Assembly: GCF_006345805.1 (NCBI RefSeq)
Contig: NC_043026.1
Span: forward strand, 11,759,579-11,823,578
DNA length: 64,000 nt
DNA from: Octopus sinensis
Lineage: Eukaryota
Direction: 5' to 3'
In this document: in pieces, positions 12,051 through 25,551 of the stretch
Layout of the letters: the number at the start of each line of letters is the position of its first letter
Numbering within the stretch: the first letter of the stretch is position 1
Program-made: the position numbers and the translations under genes
The notes under the pieces: model-generated
Databases searched by the model: none
Told to the model about the DNA's origin: nothing
What the model saw: the letters and a program-made list of their open reading frames with translations, nothing else

Positions 12051-12612
12051 TAATCAGCCCCAGGTCAGCTTTGACTGAGCAAACATGATCAAAGACATTC
12101 CATCTAAGAACATCATCATCACCATGACAGAACACATTTTTCATGTTGGCAAGTGTTGGATGGTTTGACAAGAGATGGCAAGCTGGAGTGGTGCACCATG
12201 GTGTAATTTGTTTGTCATGGCATGGTTTCTATGGTTGGATGCCCTTCCTAATGCCAGCCACCTTAGATAGTGTACCAGGTGCTTTCCATATGGAACTAGT
12301 ACAGGTGTCCTTTATGTGACACGGCACAAGTAACTTTTTTCTTACCTGGCACCAGCATGGGTCGCATAACACATCCTATCTTTCTCTGTAGCATTGTTTA
12401 TCTACGACCATATTATACAAATAGGCCACAAAGTAGAAATAACATACAGAGGAACAAACATGCATGCACAAACACAGGAACAAAGCACGCACGCACAACC
12501 CATTGGCTTTCTTTTCCCAACTGACAATTTACAAGACAACATGTGGTCACGGAAATCACCGAATTCAATAATAAATCTTAGAGCGAGTTATAAACAGTAG
12601 CTGCAACACACA

Positions 12613-12864
12613 GTGACGTATATTTGCCATTTAAATATGGCTAACCCTAAGGGTGGATGCTACTGTAGTTTGTAACCCCAGGAGGACACCTCCTCCAGCT
12701 GGCTAAAGACACACTTTCTGTGCCCTGGCTTCCCTTTGCAAATACTGATAGGGCACAGAAAGTGTGTCTATAGCCAGCTGGAGGAGGTGTCCTCCTGGGG
12801 CTACAAGCTACAGTAGCATCCACCCTTAGGGGTTAGCCATATTTAAATGGCAAATATACGTCAC
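12613..12864. mobile_element. Foldback MITE (~110-bp arms, ~25-bp spacer) in the ZNF-A intron
   Basis: GTGACGTATATTTGCC...GGCAAATATACGTCAC near-perfect inverted arms; no clear TSD. Confidence 0.7.
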
Positions 12865-13057
12865 AATGTTTACATTATTTCGAGTTAAAACGAAAGATTG
12901 TCATAAAATGATTGAAGTGTAATACAATGCGTATTTTCAATGGTGTTCTGTGTTTCGTCCATTTTACTAATTCAAAATTTTTCCCTAATTCATGCATTTA
13001 TTATGGGGTCTAATTAGAAGACAGCTCTTTTACCCTTATTGCAAACCGCATTCATAA

Positions 13058-13670
13058 TCTCTCTATATTATAAAGCTGAAGTTGTCTGTGTATGCCTTCA
13101 ACTGACACTATCTCCTCCGAGACCCTGCGGCGCAAGTTGACCAAAATTGAAAGTATGATCGAAGAAGGCTTGCTCTTTATACCGTAGAAGATAAAATTCA
13201 AATAGGACCATGTTAACACCAAAAATTATTTACATCAAAAAGGTGCTTTTTTTTTCTATGAAAATCCCTATTTTTTACTATTTATAAAGCTGAAGTTGTC
13301 TGTGTGTGGAAGGTTTGGTAGCCTTCAACTAACACTATCTCCTCCGAGACCCTGCGGCGCAAGTTGACCAAAATTGAGAGTATGATAGAAGAAGGCTTGC
13401 TCTTCCTTCCATAGAAGAAAAAATTCAAATCGGTCAATGTTAACACCAAAAATTATTTACATCAAAAAGATGAATTTTTTTCTATGAAAATCCCTATTTT
13501 TTACGATTTTTTGACTGCTGTGTCGCCATTTTCGGTGTATTTCAACCAGAAAAATGTTCACTTAAAGAGAATAACAAACTACATAATGCAAAATTTTTAC
13601 TTTTAAAAAATTCCAATTCTAAAGGGTCGAAAGGAAAACAAGCCCGAGCAATGCTGGGCTATACTGCTTG
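13058..13670 (+). mobile_element. Non-autonomous Helitron with an internal ~200-bp duplication
   Basis: A|TC start, AGCCCGAGCAATGCTGGGCT hairpin, CTTG|T end (CTAG variant). Confidence 0.75.
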
Positions 13671-13863
13671 TACAAAATATTTCTCAAACTCAATCATATA
13701 ACTAACGTGGCAATGATAGACAGTCAAAAAATTAGCTCCAAAGCACGAAATAGCGGCAAAATCACGCACAAATCTGACAAGTTTCATGTATAAAAGGTAA
13801 GACACGTCAAAAACGAACGACTACAATATTAGAAGATGAAATGCTTTCTTGTATAATACTTAC

Positions 13864-14150
13864 GGAAATGGTTTATAAAGGAAATTATGATAACTGTGGT
13901 GTGCGTGGTAGTTGAGAAATGTACTATAACTGCGTAGAATTGTTGGAAATGTATTATAGCAGTATGTGTGTGTGGGACGAGAAATGTTTAATAACTACAT
14001 GATACTTGATTAAAGAGAATTCATTAAAGAGACAATATTTTGGAAGTGAATGTAGAAACGGAAGCCCAGTTTAGCGCACCTGCCGACCTCTTTCATGAAA
14101 GAATTTTTTTTTTTAAGCAATTTACGGGAGATAACTCCTTTCAGAGCTTC
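13864..14150 (-). promoter_or_regulatory. Putative first exon/promoter of ZNF-A (intron about 11348-13863)
   Basis: Conserved GTAAGT donor at 13863, conserved TTATTTCAG acceptor at 11348, and the conserved 30-bp upstream motif at 14118-14147. Confidence 0.65.
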
Positions 14151-14186
14151 TTTTTCCCTCAGGTGAACCTGGTAAAGAACAGTATG

Positions 14187-14945
14187 TATTTCTTTATTGC
14201 CCCCAAGGGGCTAAACATAGAGGGGACAAACAAGGTTAGACAAACGGATTGAGTCGATTACATCGACCCCAGTGCGAAACTGGTACTTTATTTATCGACC
14301 CCGAAAGGATGAAAGGCAAAGTCGACCTTGGCGGAATTTGAACTCAGAACGTAACGACGGACGAAATGCCTATTTCTTTACTACCCACAAGGGGCTGAAC
14401 ATAGAGAGGACAAACAAGGACAGACAAACGGATTAAGTCGATTATATCGACCCCAGTGCGAAACTGGTACTTTATTTATCGACCCCGAAAGGACGAAAGG
14501 CAAAGTCGACCTTGGCGGAATTTGAACTCAGAACGTAACGGCAGACGAAATACCTATTTCTTTACTACCCACAAGGGGCTAAACACAGAGGGGACAAACA
14601 AGGACAGACAAATGGATTAAGTCGATTACATCGACCCCAGTGCGAAACTGGTACTTTATTTATCAACCCCGAAAGGATGAAAGGCAAAGTCGACCTTGGC
14701 GGAATTTGAACTCAGAACGTAACGGCAGACGAAATACCTATTTCTTTACTACCCACAAGGGGCTAAACACAGAGGGGACAAACAAGGACAGACAAATGGA
14801 TTAAGTCGATTATATCGATCCCAGTGCGAAACTGGTACTTTATTTATCGACCCCGAAAGGCTGAAAGGCGGAATTTGAACTCAGAACATAACGCAGACGA
14901 AATACAGCTAAGCATTTCGCCCGGCGTGCTAACGTTTCTGCCAGC
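14187..14945 (-). mobile_element. SINE B, 4 tandem bodies
   Basis: Unit of about 187 bp. Confidence 0.85.
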
Positions 14946-15272
14946 CTAGTATGGAAGACAAGGACGAGAGGGTTGATGTCAGGCAACTTCATCGCTGGTC
15001 CTGCTTTGGTGGGATTCTTTATATTTCACCTAAAGAGACAAATAGGGCTGGAGAGGAGGTGCCTGAGTAAGAAAGGGTTTGATGAAAGATGGAAGAATGT
15101 CGTGTATAGAAGGTCTCTCGTGGATGCAAGATAACCTTAAAAACCAAGGTCAGTGAAGAGGCGGGGTTCGTGGGGTCCGTAAACCCGCCCCACTCCATTT
15201 ATGTAAAGAAACGTCCAGTGTGTTGTTTACTCATTCGCTTATATAAAATCATGGTAAATTTTTTATCGACCA

Positions 15273-15535
15273 GGCGCAGGAGTGGCTGTGTGGTAAGTAG
15301 CTTGCTAACCAACCACATGGTTCCGGGTTCAGTCCCATTGCGTGGCATCTTGGGCAAGTGTCTCCTGCTATAGCCCCGGGCCGACCAATGCCTTGTGAGT
15401 GGATTTGGTAGACGGAAACTGAAAGAAGCCTGTCGTATATATGTATGTATGTGTTTGTGTGTCTGTGTTTGTCCCCCTAGCATTGCTTGACAACCGATGC
15501 TGGTGTGTTTACGTTCCCGTCACTTAGCGGTTTGG
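15273..15535 (+). mobile_element. SINE A, 3'-truncated
   Basis: Family A head and body. Confidence 0.85.
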
Positions 15536-15629
15536 CATTTCCCCAGTCACCTCGCAAAGCCCAGCATTTCCCCAGTCACCCCACAAAGCCATTAAAAAAT
15601 CAATAGAAGTGACTTTTTTTGTGAATTTT

Positions 15630-15950
15630 CTATCCAAAACCAGCTAGGTGTATGTGATTGGTTGGAGATTTGGACAGTACTCGCGTGTATGTGCGCACGC
15701 ACGCAGCTGTATATGCATGCACTAGCACTATGACCTGGCGTTGCCGGGTCATAGTGCTAGTATTATATAAAATCCGTTCTGTCTGTCTGTGTGTGTGTCT
15801 TCTAGGATCTCGGACATCCTCCATCCGATTGCGCTCAAATTTGATATGTAGATACCGACGGTATAAGGATGTGTAAAAGTCATGAAAAAATTACAAAAAT
15901 CGATAAGGCCGTGGGAACGTGCATTTATAAAATCGTTTTTCTTGGAATAG
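15630..15950 (+). mobile_element. Helitron-like fragment: 3' terminus directly followed by a 5' terminus
   Basis: 41-bp palindromic end at 15721-15761 (..GTGCTAG|T) followed immediately by ATTATATAAAATCCGTTCTGTCTGTCTG. Confidence 0.55.
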
Positions 15951-16041
15951 ATAAAAAGTCTATCTTTTTCTTCGTTTGCCATGTTAGACCACTGAACTCT
16001 ACTACATGTTTTTTTATCCTTTTTTTTGATTATTTCCTCTT

Positions 16042-16083
16042 GTCCATTTCTGTTGAAGAGCATAGGCTCGAAACATGAAAGAC
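16042..16083 (+). ncRNA. Degenerate copy of the CUGUUGA hammerhead-like motif
   Basis: Same core and stem II as 62522; stem III and the cleavage site are mutated (CATG for CGTT). Confidence 0.45.
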
Positions 16084-16335
16084 TTTTTCATTTTTCCCGA
16101 GTGTCAAACTAATACCCTTGCTTGTTATTCAAACACATGTCTTTCTCATTTGTTTTTCTATAAATTTCAACTAATACATATTTATTTATACATATACATG
16201 TATTTATATATATCCTTTTATGATGGGTGGAATTATTTTCTTTTATAATTTATGTATTTAAATCTTAAGACAATAATTGTACAATCATATTATCATTGAT
16301 CTCCGGGAACACACTTGTCACGTATTTAGCTAGAC

Positions 16336-16554
16336 CAGTGCTTTTCAAACTTTTTGCTAGAGCGGAACCCCAAGGAAACATTCCACTGGCTCGAGGAACC
16401 CCTGTGCAATAATTTAATAGTGTTATGCACACATATCTGCACAGGAGGATTAAAAATTACTGCCGATTTTAGCAGTTTTGTAACTTCTTGCGGAACCCCT
16501 GGACTGTACTGGCAGAACCCTAAGGTTCCGCGGAACCCTGGTTGAAAACCACTG
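16336..16554. mobile_element. hAT-type MITE
   Basis: CAGTG(C/G)TTTTCAA TIRs; 8-bp TSD AGCTAGAC/AGCTAGAA (7 of 8 match). Confidence 0.85.
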
Positions 16555-16734
16555 AGCTAGAATGTCAAAATAAACCACTTTCTTGCCTCCGCAAATGTTA
16601 TATGTAGGGTATATATTGCTCTTTGTCATCAGATAGATATAGCAAAAAATACATTGGAGACAAACATACTTCGAATACCTTTGAAATAAAAAGAAGTGAA
16701 ATATAGGCAAACAATAACCAGTGGGTTTATAGGC

Positions 16735-16740
16735 TTTATT
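16735..16740 (-). promoter_or_regulatory. Putative polyadenylation signal of ZNF-B
   Basis: AATAAA at the paralogous position. Confidence 0.45.
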
Positions 16741-16844
16741 AATTACGATTTTTTTCTCAAATATAACAATATTGGTTTCAACACATTCAAAACAAATTCA
16801 AAATCTGGAAGAAAGTGCTTTTATATAAAATGTCACATATGTAA

Positions 16845-17155
16845 ATTGCAGCTGTGATACCAGTGCCGGTGGCACGTAAGAGAGCCATCCGAACGTGGCC
16901 GTTGTCAGCGCCGCCCCGACTGGCCTTGTGCCGGTGGAACGTAAAAAGCACGATCCGATCATGGCCGTTTGCCAGCCTCGTCTGGCATGTAAAAAGCACC
17001 CACTACACTCTCGGTGTGGTTGGCGTTAGGAAGGGCATCCAGCCGTAGAAACATTGCCAGATCAGACTGGACCTGGTGCAGCCTTCTGGCTTCCCAGACC
17101 CCAGTTGAACCGTCCAACCCATGCTAGCATGGAAAGCGGATGCTAAACGATGATG
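16845..17155 (+). mobile_element. Family C short retroelement
   Basis: Family match; CATGCTAGCATGGAAAGCGGA..(GAT)n tail. Confidence 0.8.
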
Positions 17156-17828
17156 TAAGTTATCTCAAGTGTAGGTGTTTTGATATAAAATACAGTGTGA
17201 GGAGGCTGTGGCCATACAGTTATGTCTCCTTTCTAAAGTGAATACATTTACTGTTATAAATGAGGGTGTTTATTCCTGATTCTCATACCAAGAAATTTAA
17301 CAGTAAACCATATTTGTCCATGCTATAAGAGGTTGGCATAATTAAAAGTTCAACCAGCTGTAAAAGACTACCTCAGAAAGGCAGCTATGATGAGTGGTTT
17401 GGTTTATGTCATGCATATAAAGTTCACAAAGCTAAGCCTGCCTTAACAATTTTCAGACTGATATAGTTACACTGCTGTAGGAATACAAACATGTCCAGTT
17501 AAAATACAACTTTGAGAGAATGATTTACCACAAATCTCACAGTGATGTGGCTTCTATCCTCTATGAATACATTTATGTATTTTTAAATTACTACTTCATG
17601 TTTATATGGTTTCTCTCCTGTATGAATATATTTGTGCTTAGGCAAAGAATCAATTTGGGAGAATGATTTAACAGATATCACACTCGTATGTCTCCTCTCT
17701 TATATGTTTACGTTTATGTATTGTTAAGAGAATATTCTCAGTAAATGATTTACCATACACATAACAGTAATGTGGCTCCTACACTGTATGAGTACGTTTG
17801 TGTCTTCTTAACTTACTACTTTCACAGA

Positions 17829-18163
<335 letters not shown>

Positions 18164-18198
18164 TCACAGGTAATGCAGTTATCACATTAATATGGCTT

Positions 18199-19719
18199 CT
18201 ACCCTGTATGAACACGTTTGTGAGTAATGAGATTACTACTTCCGGAGAAGGACTTACCACAGATATCACACTGACATGGTTTCTCCCCTGTATGACTACG
18301 GTCGTGCAGCCTTAAGTGACTACTTGTTGTAAATGATTTACCACAGACATGACAGGAATAAGGTTTCTCTCCCGTATGAATACGTTTATGTATTATTAAA
18401 GAACCCCTAACGGAGAATGATTTGCTGCAGATATCACACTGATATGGCCTCTCCCCTGTATGAACACGTTTGTGAGTAATGAGATAACTACATCTAGTGA
18501 ACGTTTTACCGCAGATATCACACTGACATGGCTTCTCTCCTGTATGAATCCGATGGTGCATCCTTAAGTGACTACTAGCAGCAAATGATTTCCCACAGAT
18601 ATCACAACGATACGGCTTCTCCCCTGTATGAATTAACTTGTGAGAATTCAAAGCACTACTTTCAGAGAACAATTTGCCACAAATACCACAGTGATGTGGC
18701 TTCTCTCCTGTATGAATACGTTGGTGAGATGTTAAGGCACCACCGACAGAAAATGATTTACCACAGATATCACAGTGGTATGGCTTCTCTCCTGTATGAA
18801 TACGTTTGTGTTTAGTTAGTTTACCACTTCCAGAGAAGGATTTGCCACAGATATTACACTGATATGGCTTCTCCCCTGTATGAATCCGTTTGTGATAAGT
18901 CAGGGTAGAAATCTGAGAGAATGATTCACCACAGATATAACAGCTATACGGCTTCTCTCCTGTATGAATTCGCTTGTGAGTATTTAAAGCACTACTTCCA
19001 GAGAATGATTTACCACAGATATTACACTGATATGGCCTCTCTCCTGTATGTATACGCTTGTGAGATGTGAAGCTACTACGTATAGAGTATGATTTACCAC
19101 AGATATCACAGCAGTATGGCTTTTCTCCTGTATGAATACGGTTGTGAGAAATTAAGTAATGAAACTGAGTGAATGATTTACCACAAATACCGCAGTGATT
19201 TGGTGTCTCACCTGTATGAATACGTTTGTGTGTAGTCAGGCTTGCATTCTGACAGAACGACTTGCCACAGATGTTACATTGAAACGGCTTTTCTCCTGTA
19301 TGAACACGGCGGTGAGATATCAAGTTGGTATGCACAGAGAATGATTTACCACAGATATCACAGCAATACGGATTCTCTCCTGTATGGATTCGCTTGTGGA
19401 AATATAAAGCACTCCCTCCAGAGAACGATTTACCACAAACATCACAGTGATATGGCTTCTCTCCTGTATGAATACGTCTGTGTGTAGTTAGCTGTCCATT
19501 CTGAGAGAAGGATTTGCCACAGATATCACACTGATATGGCTTCTCTCCTGTATGAACTCGACGGTGAGATGTTAAGTTACTATGTACAGAGAATGATTTC
19601 CCACAGATATCACAGCAATATTGTTTCTTCCGCTTATGTTTAATTAAGTTACCATTCTTGGAGGATGACTTTTCACAAATGTCTAATTCACACGATGGTT
19701 TTCCTGTATCTTTAGACAT
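18199..19719 (-). CDS. C2H2 zinc-finger protein ZNF-B, 506 aa, 17 intact fingers plus a degenerate first finger
   Basis: Open ORF with TGEKP-linked fingers. It ends at a TAG in the linker Glu position; two decayed fingers follow down to about 17779. Confidence 0.9.
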   Translation of the reverse strand: MSKDTGKPSCELDICEKSSSKNGNLIKHKRKKQYCCDICGKSFSVHSNLTSHRRVHTGEKPYQCDICGKSFSQNGQLTTHRRIHTGEKPYHCDVCGKSFSGGSALYFHKRIHTGENPYCCDICGKSFSVHTNLISHRRVHTGEKPFQCNICGKSFCQNASLTTHKRIHTGETPNHCGICGKSFTQFHYLISHNRIHTGEKPYCCDICGKSYSIRSSFTSHKRIHTGERPYQCNICGKSFSGSSALNTHKRIHTGEKPYSCYICGESFSQISTLTYHKRIHTGEKPYQCNICGKSFSGSGKLTKHKRIHTGEKPYHCDICGKSFSVGGALTSHQRIHTGEKPHHCGICGKLFSESSALNSHKLIHTGEKPYRCDICGKSFAASSHLRMHHRIHTGEKPCQCDICGKTFTRCSYLITHKRVHTGERPYQCDICSKSFSVRGSLIIHKRIHTGEKPYSCHVCGKSFTTSSHLRLHDRSHTGEKPCQCDICGKSFSGSSNLITHKRVHTG

Positions 19720-20460
19720 GTCTTCAGGAAAAAATCAATTTCTTACGTTTTTGACGTTTTTGCAATAATTTTTTTCTTTTCAAATCAAAATATTTCTACA
19801 TTTCTATGTATTTGTTGATGATTTTGTTTCTATTATTTATTCTTTGCCATTTTTTCTGCTGCTGTATTTCTGTCCAATGATACATTTATCTAAAAACTTA
19901 TGAAAATTTATCCCAAGTTTAATTAGAGCACACAAACTCACTTTGTATTAACTCCAGATTATGACACAGAAATTTTGTTGATAATCTCAGTTCAGAGCAA
20001 AATGTCTTTGGAATTTTACAATGAATTCATAGAAACAGTGGTAGCTGTCTCTTCCATATAACATTTACATTCAGTCTTTAAATGAAGGTACGCTTTGAAG
20101 GTGCATCTTCTGTTAGTCCAATATCATCTGTTATTCTGAAATAATGAAGAAACATCAGTTTAAAATATTGAGGCTACAGGAAAAATGGAGATTCAACTGT
20201 GAGAAATTTATAACATTGCTATAGAGGTTAATTACAGAAACCAATATTTACCTTAACATCTTAGAGGTGAATAATTAAAAGTAGTAATGAGATAAGTTTT
20301 TTAAAAATGTATGTAAATCAAATTTATAAAGCAGTGCTTCAGCCTGGCCACAGTCAAAAGAGAAACAAGTAAGGAAGAATATATATATATATAGACACAT
20401 ATTAAAACACTTATTCAATACACCTAAAAATGCTCAGACTTCTAACTTCCTTCTAAGTAT

Positions 20461-20855
20461 ACTCTTTACTTGTTTCAGTCATGAGACTGTGGCCATGCTG
20501 GAGCACCGCCTTTAGTCGATCAAATCGACCCCAGGACTTATTCTTTGTAAGCCTAGTACTTATTTTATCGGTCCCTTTTTTGCCGAACCGCTAAGTTACG
20601 GGGACGTAAACACACCAGCATTGGTTGTCAGGCGATGTTGGGGGGACAAACACAAACATGCAAACACACTCATATATATGTACATATATATACGACGGGC
20701 TTCTTTCAGTTTCCGTCTACCAAATCCACTCACAAGGCTTTGGTCGGCCCGAGGCTATAGGTGAAGACACTTACTCAAGGTGCCACGCAGTGGGACTGAA
20801 CCCGGAACCATGTGGTTCGTAAGCAAGCTACTTACCACACAGCCACTCCTATGCC
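20461..20855 (-). mobile_element. SINE A, full length
   Basis: Family match. Confidence 0.88.
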
Positions 20856-21243
20856 TTCCTATATAGGAAACTTCAAACTATCTTTTTCCCGCTTTGTTCA
20901 TGTTCTATGTAACAATTCATTTCTGTAATAATCACTTCAAAGGAAAATGTAGGGAAAAATAATCTAATGATTTTGTTTCTTTTAGAAAGACTGCGACTAG
21001 GTGTAATATCTTTTTAAAAATAACTAATATAAAGAATTTTAAATTCTAACTATATTCAGGTACAAATTCATTTCTTTCTTAACGCGATCGGAACTATTAT
21101 CAGAAGTGTTTCACTCTCAGAGATAAACATATCCAATTCATAATCATATGTGGCTTTTATGTTTGCCATAATTTGCCAGATTTTTTATGTCTTCTTATCA
21201 ATAGATTTTGAAACAAAAATTGCGACTTGACAACAATGCTTAA

Positions 21244-21718
21244 CCCTTTCGTTACTAACCCGGCCAAAACCGGCTCTGGCTCTGTAGTACAAATGTCTTA
21301 TTTTCATAAGTTTTGAATTAAAATCTTCAACCAGACCTTAGTCACAATTTATGTGCCTAACACTAGCTTAATGATAACTAAGTTATTTTACTAAATTATT
21401 TGTTATATTTAAAATTAATTGAAAGAAACACAGAGCATCTCAACAGAAATACAGTAACGAAAGGGTTAAAATATATAATAGAGAAACAATTCTTAACCCT
21501 TTCGTTACTAACCCGGCCAAAACCGGCTCTGGCTCTGTAGTACAAATGTCTTATTTTCATAAGTTTTGAATTAAAATCTTCAACCAGACCTTAGTCACAA
21601 TTTATGTGCCTAACACTAGCTTAATGATAACTAAGTTATTTTACTAAATTATTTGTTATATTTAAAATTGATTGAAAGAAACACAGAGCATCTCAACAGA
21701 AATACAGTGACGAAAGGG
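21244..21718. mobile_element. Two tandem near-identical piggyBac-type MITEs (21244-21465, 21497-21718)
   Basis: TTAA|CCCTTTCGTTACT...AGTAACGAAAGGG|TTAA in both copies. Confidence 0.88.
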
Positions 21719-21810
21719 TTAGTGAAAATAAATTACACCAAATTTGCTTCCAATCTTACAAGACAGATTTCAATATTGTCATTGTAACAAGTGGCACAAC
21801 AAAACGACAC

Positions 21811-22035
21811 TTAAGAGCGTGGGCTACTAACCCCAAGATTCTGAGTTCAATTCCAAGCAGTGACCTGAATAATAACAATAATAATAATAACATCGAAAAA
21901 TTCCTTAGGAATGAGAACCCAGGTTCAAAATTTCCCCAAGACACCTGAAGAAGGCTGGAGGGTATATCAGCCGAAACGTTGTGTTAACAACAAACAAGAC
22001 GAGGACAAATATCCGTCGAATGTAAATAATGTACA
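21811..22035 (+). mobile_element. 5'-truncated tRNA-derived SINE-like element with a hammerhead-bearing tail
   Basis: tRNA-like anticodon/T arm with B-box GAGTTCAATTCC at 21843-21854, an (AAT)n spacer, then the HHR motif. Confidence 0.65.
21940..21985 (+). ncRNA. Minimal type-I hammerhead ribozyme with canonical CUGAAGA core
   Basis: ACAC-CTGAAGA-A-GGCTG-gagggtatat-CAGCC-GAAA-CG-TT-GTGT. Confidence 0.8.
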
Positions 22036-22689
22036 TAATTCCTCATCTCTTAAATATAGAACTGTACACAAGAGATAATCTATAAATAGGGATGTTTTTA
22101 AAAGAGACTATATTTTATCATCAGAATATATATTTTTTCTCACACAACAATTAAGATATATTTATTTTAAATTGCTTCTTTGTAGAGAGAAAACTTTTAT
22201 TTTTTTTTTTCTCTTCCGTCACACAAAAATGATACCCAAGCAAGTTTGGGTGTGAAAGATTTTTTTTTTCTTAAAATGCTGGTCCAAATTTCAAATTATT
22301 TAGTTGAGAAAAACAGTGTGTATTTTGTTGGAATTAATCCAATGATCTGACAGCAAAGAGGTAAATAGTACTTTGTCAGTGAATTTTTACATGTCTACAC
22401 ATACATACACACTCTTATATATATGTATCTCGGTCTTTGAACAACTCTGATCATGAATAAATCACACTTTATATATATATATATATATAAAGCATGGTTT
22501 ATTCATGAATCAAGGTACTACTGTATTAAATGAATAAATATCAGAAAGACAAGAGATAAAGCACAATTTATTCATGATCAGAGTCGTTCAAAAACCAAGA
22601 TACTACTCTGTGTGTTTATGTGTATATTTGATGGATATATATAGAATTAAAAAAAAAAGGAAAAAAAGGTCGGCAATGCCTGTGCAGAG

Positions 22690-23150
22690 TTTTAGGTCCA
22701 ATAAGGCTTGCACAACACTTCACAGACCCTCTCCACTCTATTGACATTATCCAGAGACAAGCCGGAGCAAGATGTCTGGTGCCAATATGAGTCGCAGGCT
22801 CAGGGATGTGGGAGCGCCGTGATCTCTAGCACAAACCAAAGATCCCCAAAATGTTCAATGCCCTTCCCTGCATATCTGGTTTTATATCAGAGTGACCTTC
22901 TCCTAGAGACGTGCTTTAACAAAAGCTGAGGGGCGCCTCACTCCCAGTGGTCTTTCAGCATGCCGGACACCACCATGGAATTTCTACGTACCGTGCTAAC
23001 ATCTATTGGATGGCCGTTGACTCTCAAGAGGTCCTCCGCCCTTTGACGGGTTTTGTTTTTCATCCCGCAGGGTGTCCAATAAACATCCTCCTCACCAAGC
23101 AAGCTTGGTGGGGTTGCCGGTTTAGTCGCCGACGACCCGACCATGCAACA
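22690..23150. mobile_element. Probable LINE remnants: CR1-like C-terminus (+) abutting an RTE-5'UTR-like segment (-)
   Basis: PKMFNALP..AYL fragments; AAAACCCGTCAAAGGGCGGAGG..GAGAGTCAACGGCC resembles RTE leaders (recalled similarity only). Confidence 0.4.
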
Positions 23151-23593
23151 GGTTGTACTGGGTTACATGTTACCAGTAGCATACATATACATACACTATG
23201 ACTTCAGAAAAAATATTTTCAACTTAAAATACACACAATATAAACGTCTACATATCAATTCACATTCTTTATATATTTAATAATGAACCATGTAATCCAC
23301 ACTCTGGAAAACGTATTTCTGTAAAATGTTGAGAGTAAGGGCGTGTGTGTGTATGAAATTTCCGAGGGGTCCCACTCCACTCCACCCACCTCGTTTGCTG
23401 GACCCCAGAAAGTGTTTTGTGGCATATTAAGGGGACATTTCAATTCATTCATCGAAAATAAAAAAAAATTCCAACGATTCCGGGATTTGGGGGAGCGGGT
23501 CCAGTCTCCACCTCCCCCCTTTTTCCGGTAAATTTTGATACTTTTAACCGCACGATTGTCACTGCGAAAAAACCCCAAAAAAACTTGGATTTG

Positions 23594-23797
23594 CGTGTTT
23601 GTCCCCCCCCCCAACATCGCTTGTCAACCGATGCTGGTGTGTTTACGTCCCCGTAACTTAGCGGTTCGGCAAAAAAGAGACTGATAAAATAAGTACTAGG
23701 CTAACAGAGAATAAGTCCTGGGGTCGATTTGATCGACTAAAGGCGGTGCTCCAGCATGCCCACGGTCACATGACTGACTGAAACAAGTAAAAGAGTA
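23594..23797 (+). mobile_element. SINE A, 3' half
   Basis: Family tail match. Confidence 0.8.
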
Positions 23798-23892
23798 ATC
23801 AAGTACCCTGAACTCCTCTTAACTATTGGAAATTTTTTTCCCCCCGTTGAATGAATTCCAGTGACCTCCTAATATGTCATAAAACCCCCTTT

Positions 23893-24316
23893 GGCGATCT
23901 TTTGTCTCTAGTAGACCTTTCCGTCGATTTCCGTAAAAAATTTTTTTTTTTACATATGGGCTTGCGGGAACTTTTGAAGTAATATACATACATATACACA
24001 TACACCGAGTAAAAAATTTCAGTTATCTCTTTCTTTCACACATTACTCTGTCTCTTCACACATACTAAGAGAAGCATTTCACTTACACAACATATTGTGT
24101 GTCTCCCACACCCCATCAAACACACACACACACACATGTACATCAGTGCTTCCCATGCACGGTAACTCCAAAAGAACTTCCCTCGTCATACAATCGCTTT
24201 CTCTTAGTCTCTTTCGCTCTCATTACTTCAAAAGTTCCCGCAAGCCCATATGTAAAAAAAAAAAAATTTTTTTTACGGAAATCGACGGAAAGGTCTACTA
24301 GAGACGAAAGATTGCC
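23893..24316. mobile_element. MITE with ~95-bp TIRs, opposite internal orientation
   Basis: Reverse-complement match to 2160-2585. Confidence 0.82.
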
Positions 24317-24582
24317 AAATTTCATTTTTTTTTTTGGTTCGGAAAACGGGGTGGTTTGGGGTGAAAACCTCGGAGATTTCAACCAACACCACCCACATTG
24401 GGAAGTACAACCACACGATTTTATCACAAATAATAAAAGAAAAAACTTAACATACTGCAAGCCCCTTAGCAGCCAAATCACGCACAAATCGGATAGACAA
24501 ACGGACACAAAGAATCGACATGTCAAAAAAAATGAATGACTTTATAATAAAAGACGAAACATTTCCATCGTTGATTACTTAC

Positions 24583-24810
24583 GCAAAACGTTTATAAATG
24601 ATCGTAGCTGAGCAATGAATCGCGAATGTCAGGAATTATTGGAAATTGTACTATAACAGTGTGTGTGTATGTGTGCGCTCGTAGACGAGAAATGTTTAAT
24701 AAAACTGTGTGCGGTCTTTGGTGAGATGGAATTTATTAGGAAGAACACGAAGATGTCGAAGAGGAGAAAGAAACGGAAACCAGATCAGTGCGCATGCGTC
24801 TCGTTTTCGT
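24583..24810 (-). promoter_or_regulatory. Putative first exon/promoter of ZNF-B (intron about 20136-24582)
   Basis: GTAAGT donor at 24582, GCGCATGCG (NRF1-type) motif at about 24790, conserved acceptor at 20136. Confidence 0.6.
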
Positions 24811-24869
24811 ATGCAATTAAATACCACTTTTAATGCGCATACGTAATTTTCCGTTGCACACACACAGAC

Positions 24870-25358
24870 ATGCATACATACATACATACATACATGCATT
24901 TATACATACATACATACATATACATACATTCATACATACGTACATATATACATACAGTCATACATACATTCATACATACGTACATACATACATACATACA
25001 TATACATACACACACACACACACATACATACATACAGTCATACATACATACATACGTTCATACATACCTACCTACCTACCTACCTACCTACCTACCTACC
25101 TACCTACCTACCTACCTACCTACCTACATACATACATACATACATACATACATACCTACATACATACATACATACATACATACATACATACATACATACA
25201 TACATACATACATACATACATACATACATACATACATACATACATACATACATACATACATACATACATACATACATACATACATACATACATACATACA
25301 TACATACATACATACATACATACATACATACATACATACATACGCACGCACGCACGCA
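24870..25358. repeat. Compound (TACA)n/(TACC)n microsatellite, about 490 bp
   Basis: Read directly from the sequence. Confidence 0.97.
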
Positions 25359-25359
25359 C

Positions 25360-25512
25360 GCGTAAGTTCGGTATAGGTACCGGATACATTTCAACAAAGT
25401 GTTTTTTTATATATATGGTTGGTGGGGGGTAGGGGGGGGGGGAGAAAAGGGTTTCTGTTATCTTCAGAAATGTAAACAAAGTCACTTCCGGTACCTATAC
25501 CGAAGGATCGCC
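25360..25512. mobile_element. Short MITE of the same family as 56700-57372, inverted
   Basis: TTCGGTATAGGTACCG / CGGTACCTATACCGAAGGATCGCC inverted termini. Confidence 0.7.
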
Positions 25513-25517
25513 CCCCC

Positions 25518-25551
<34 letters not shown>

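Noticed and set aside
21811-21860. Possible tRNA genes (also the SINE heads at 17829 and 52420-52494)
   Set aside because: No complete cloverleaf or acceptor stem; they continue into SINE bodies.
24696-25485. YIHT/MYVC-repeat ORFs (also 1-237 and 919-1156)
   Set aside because: These are translations of microsatellites.
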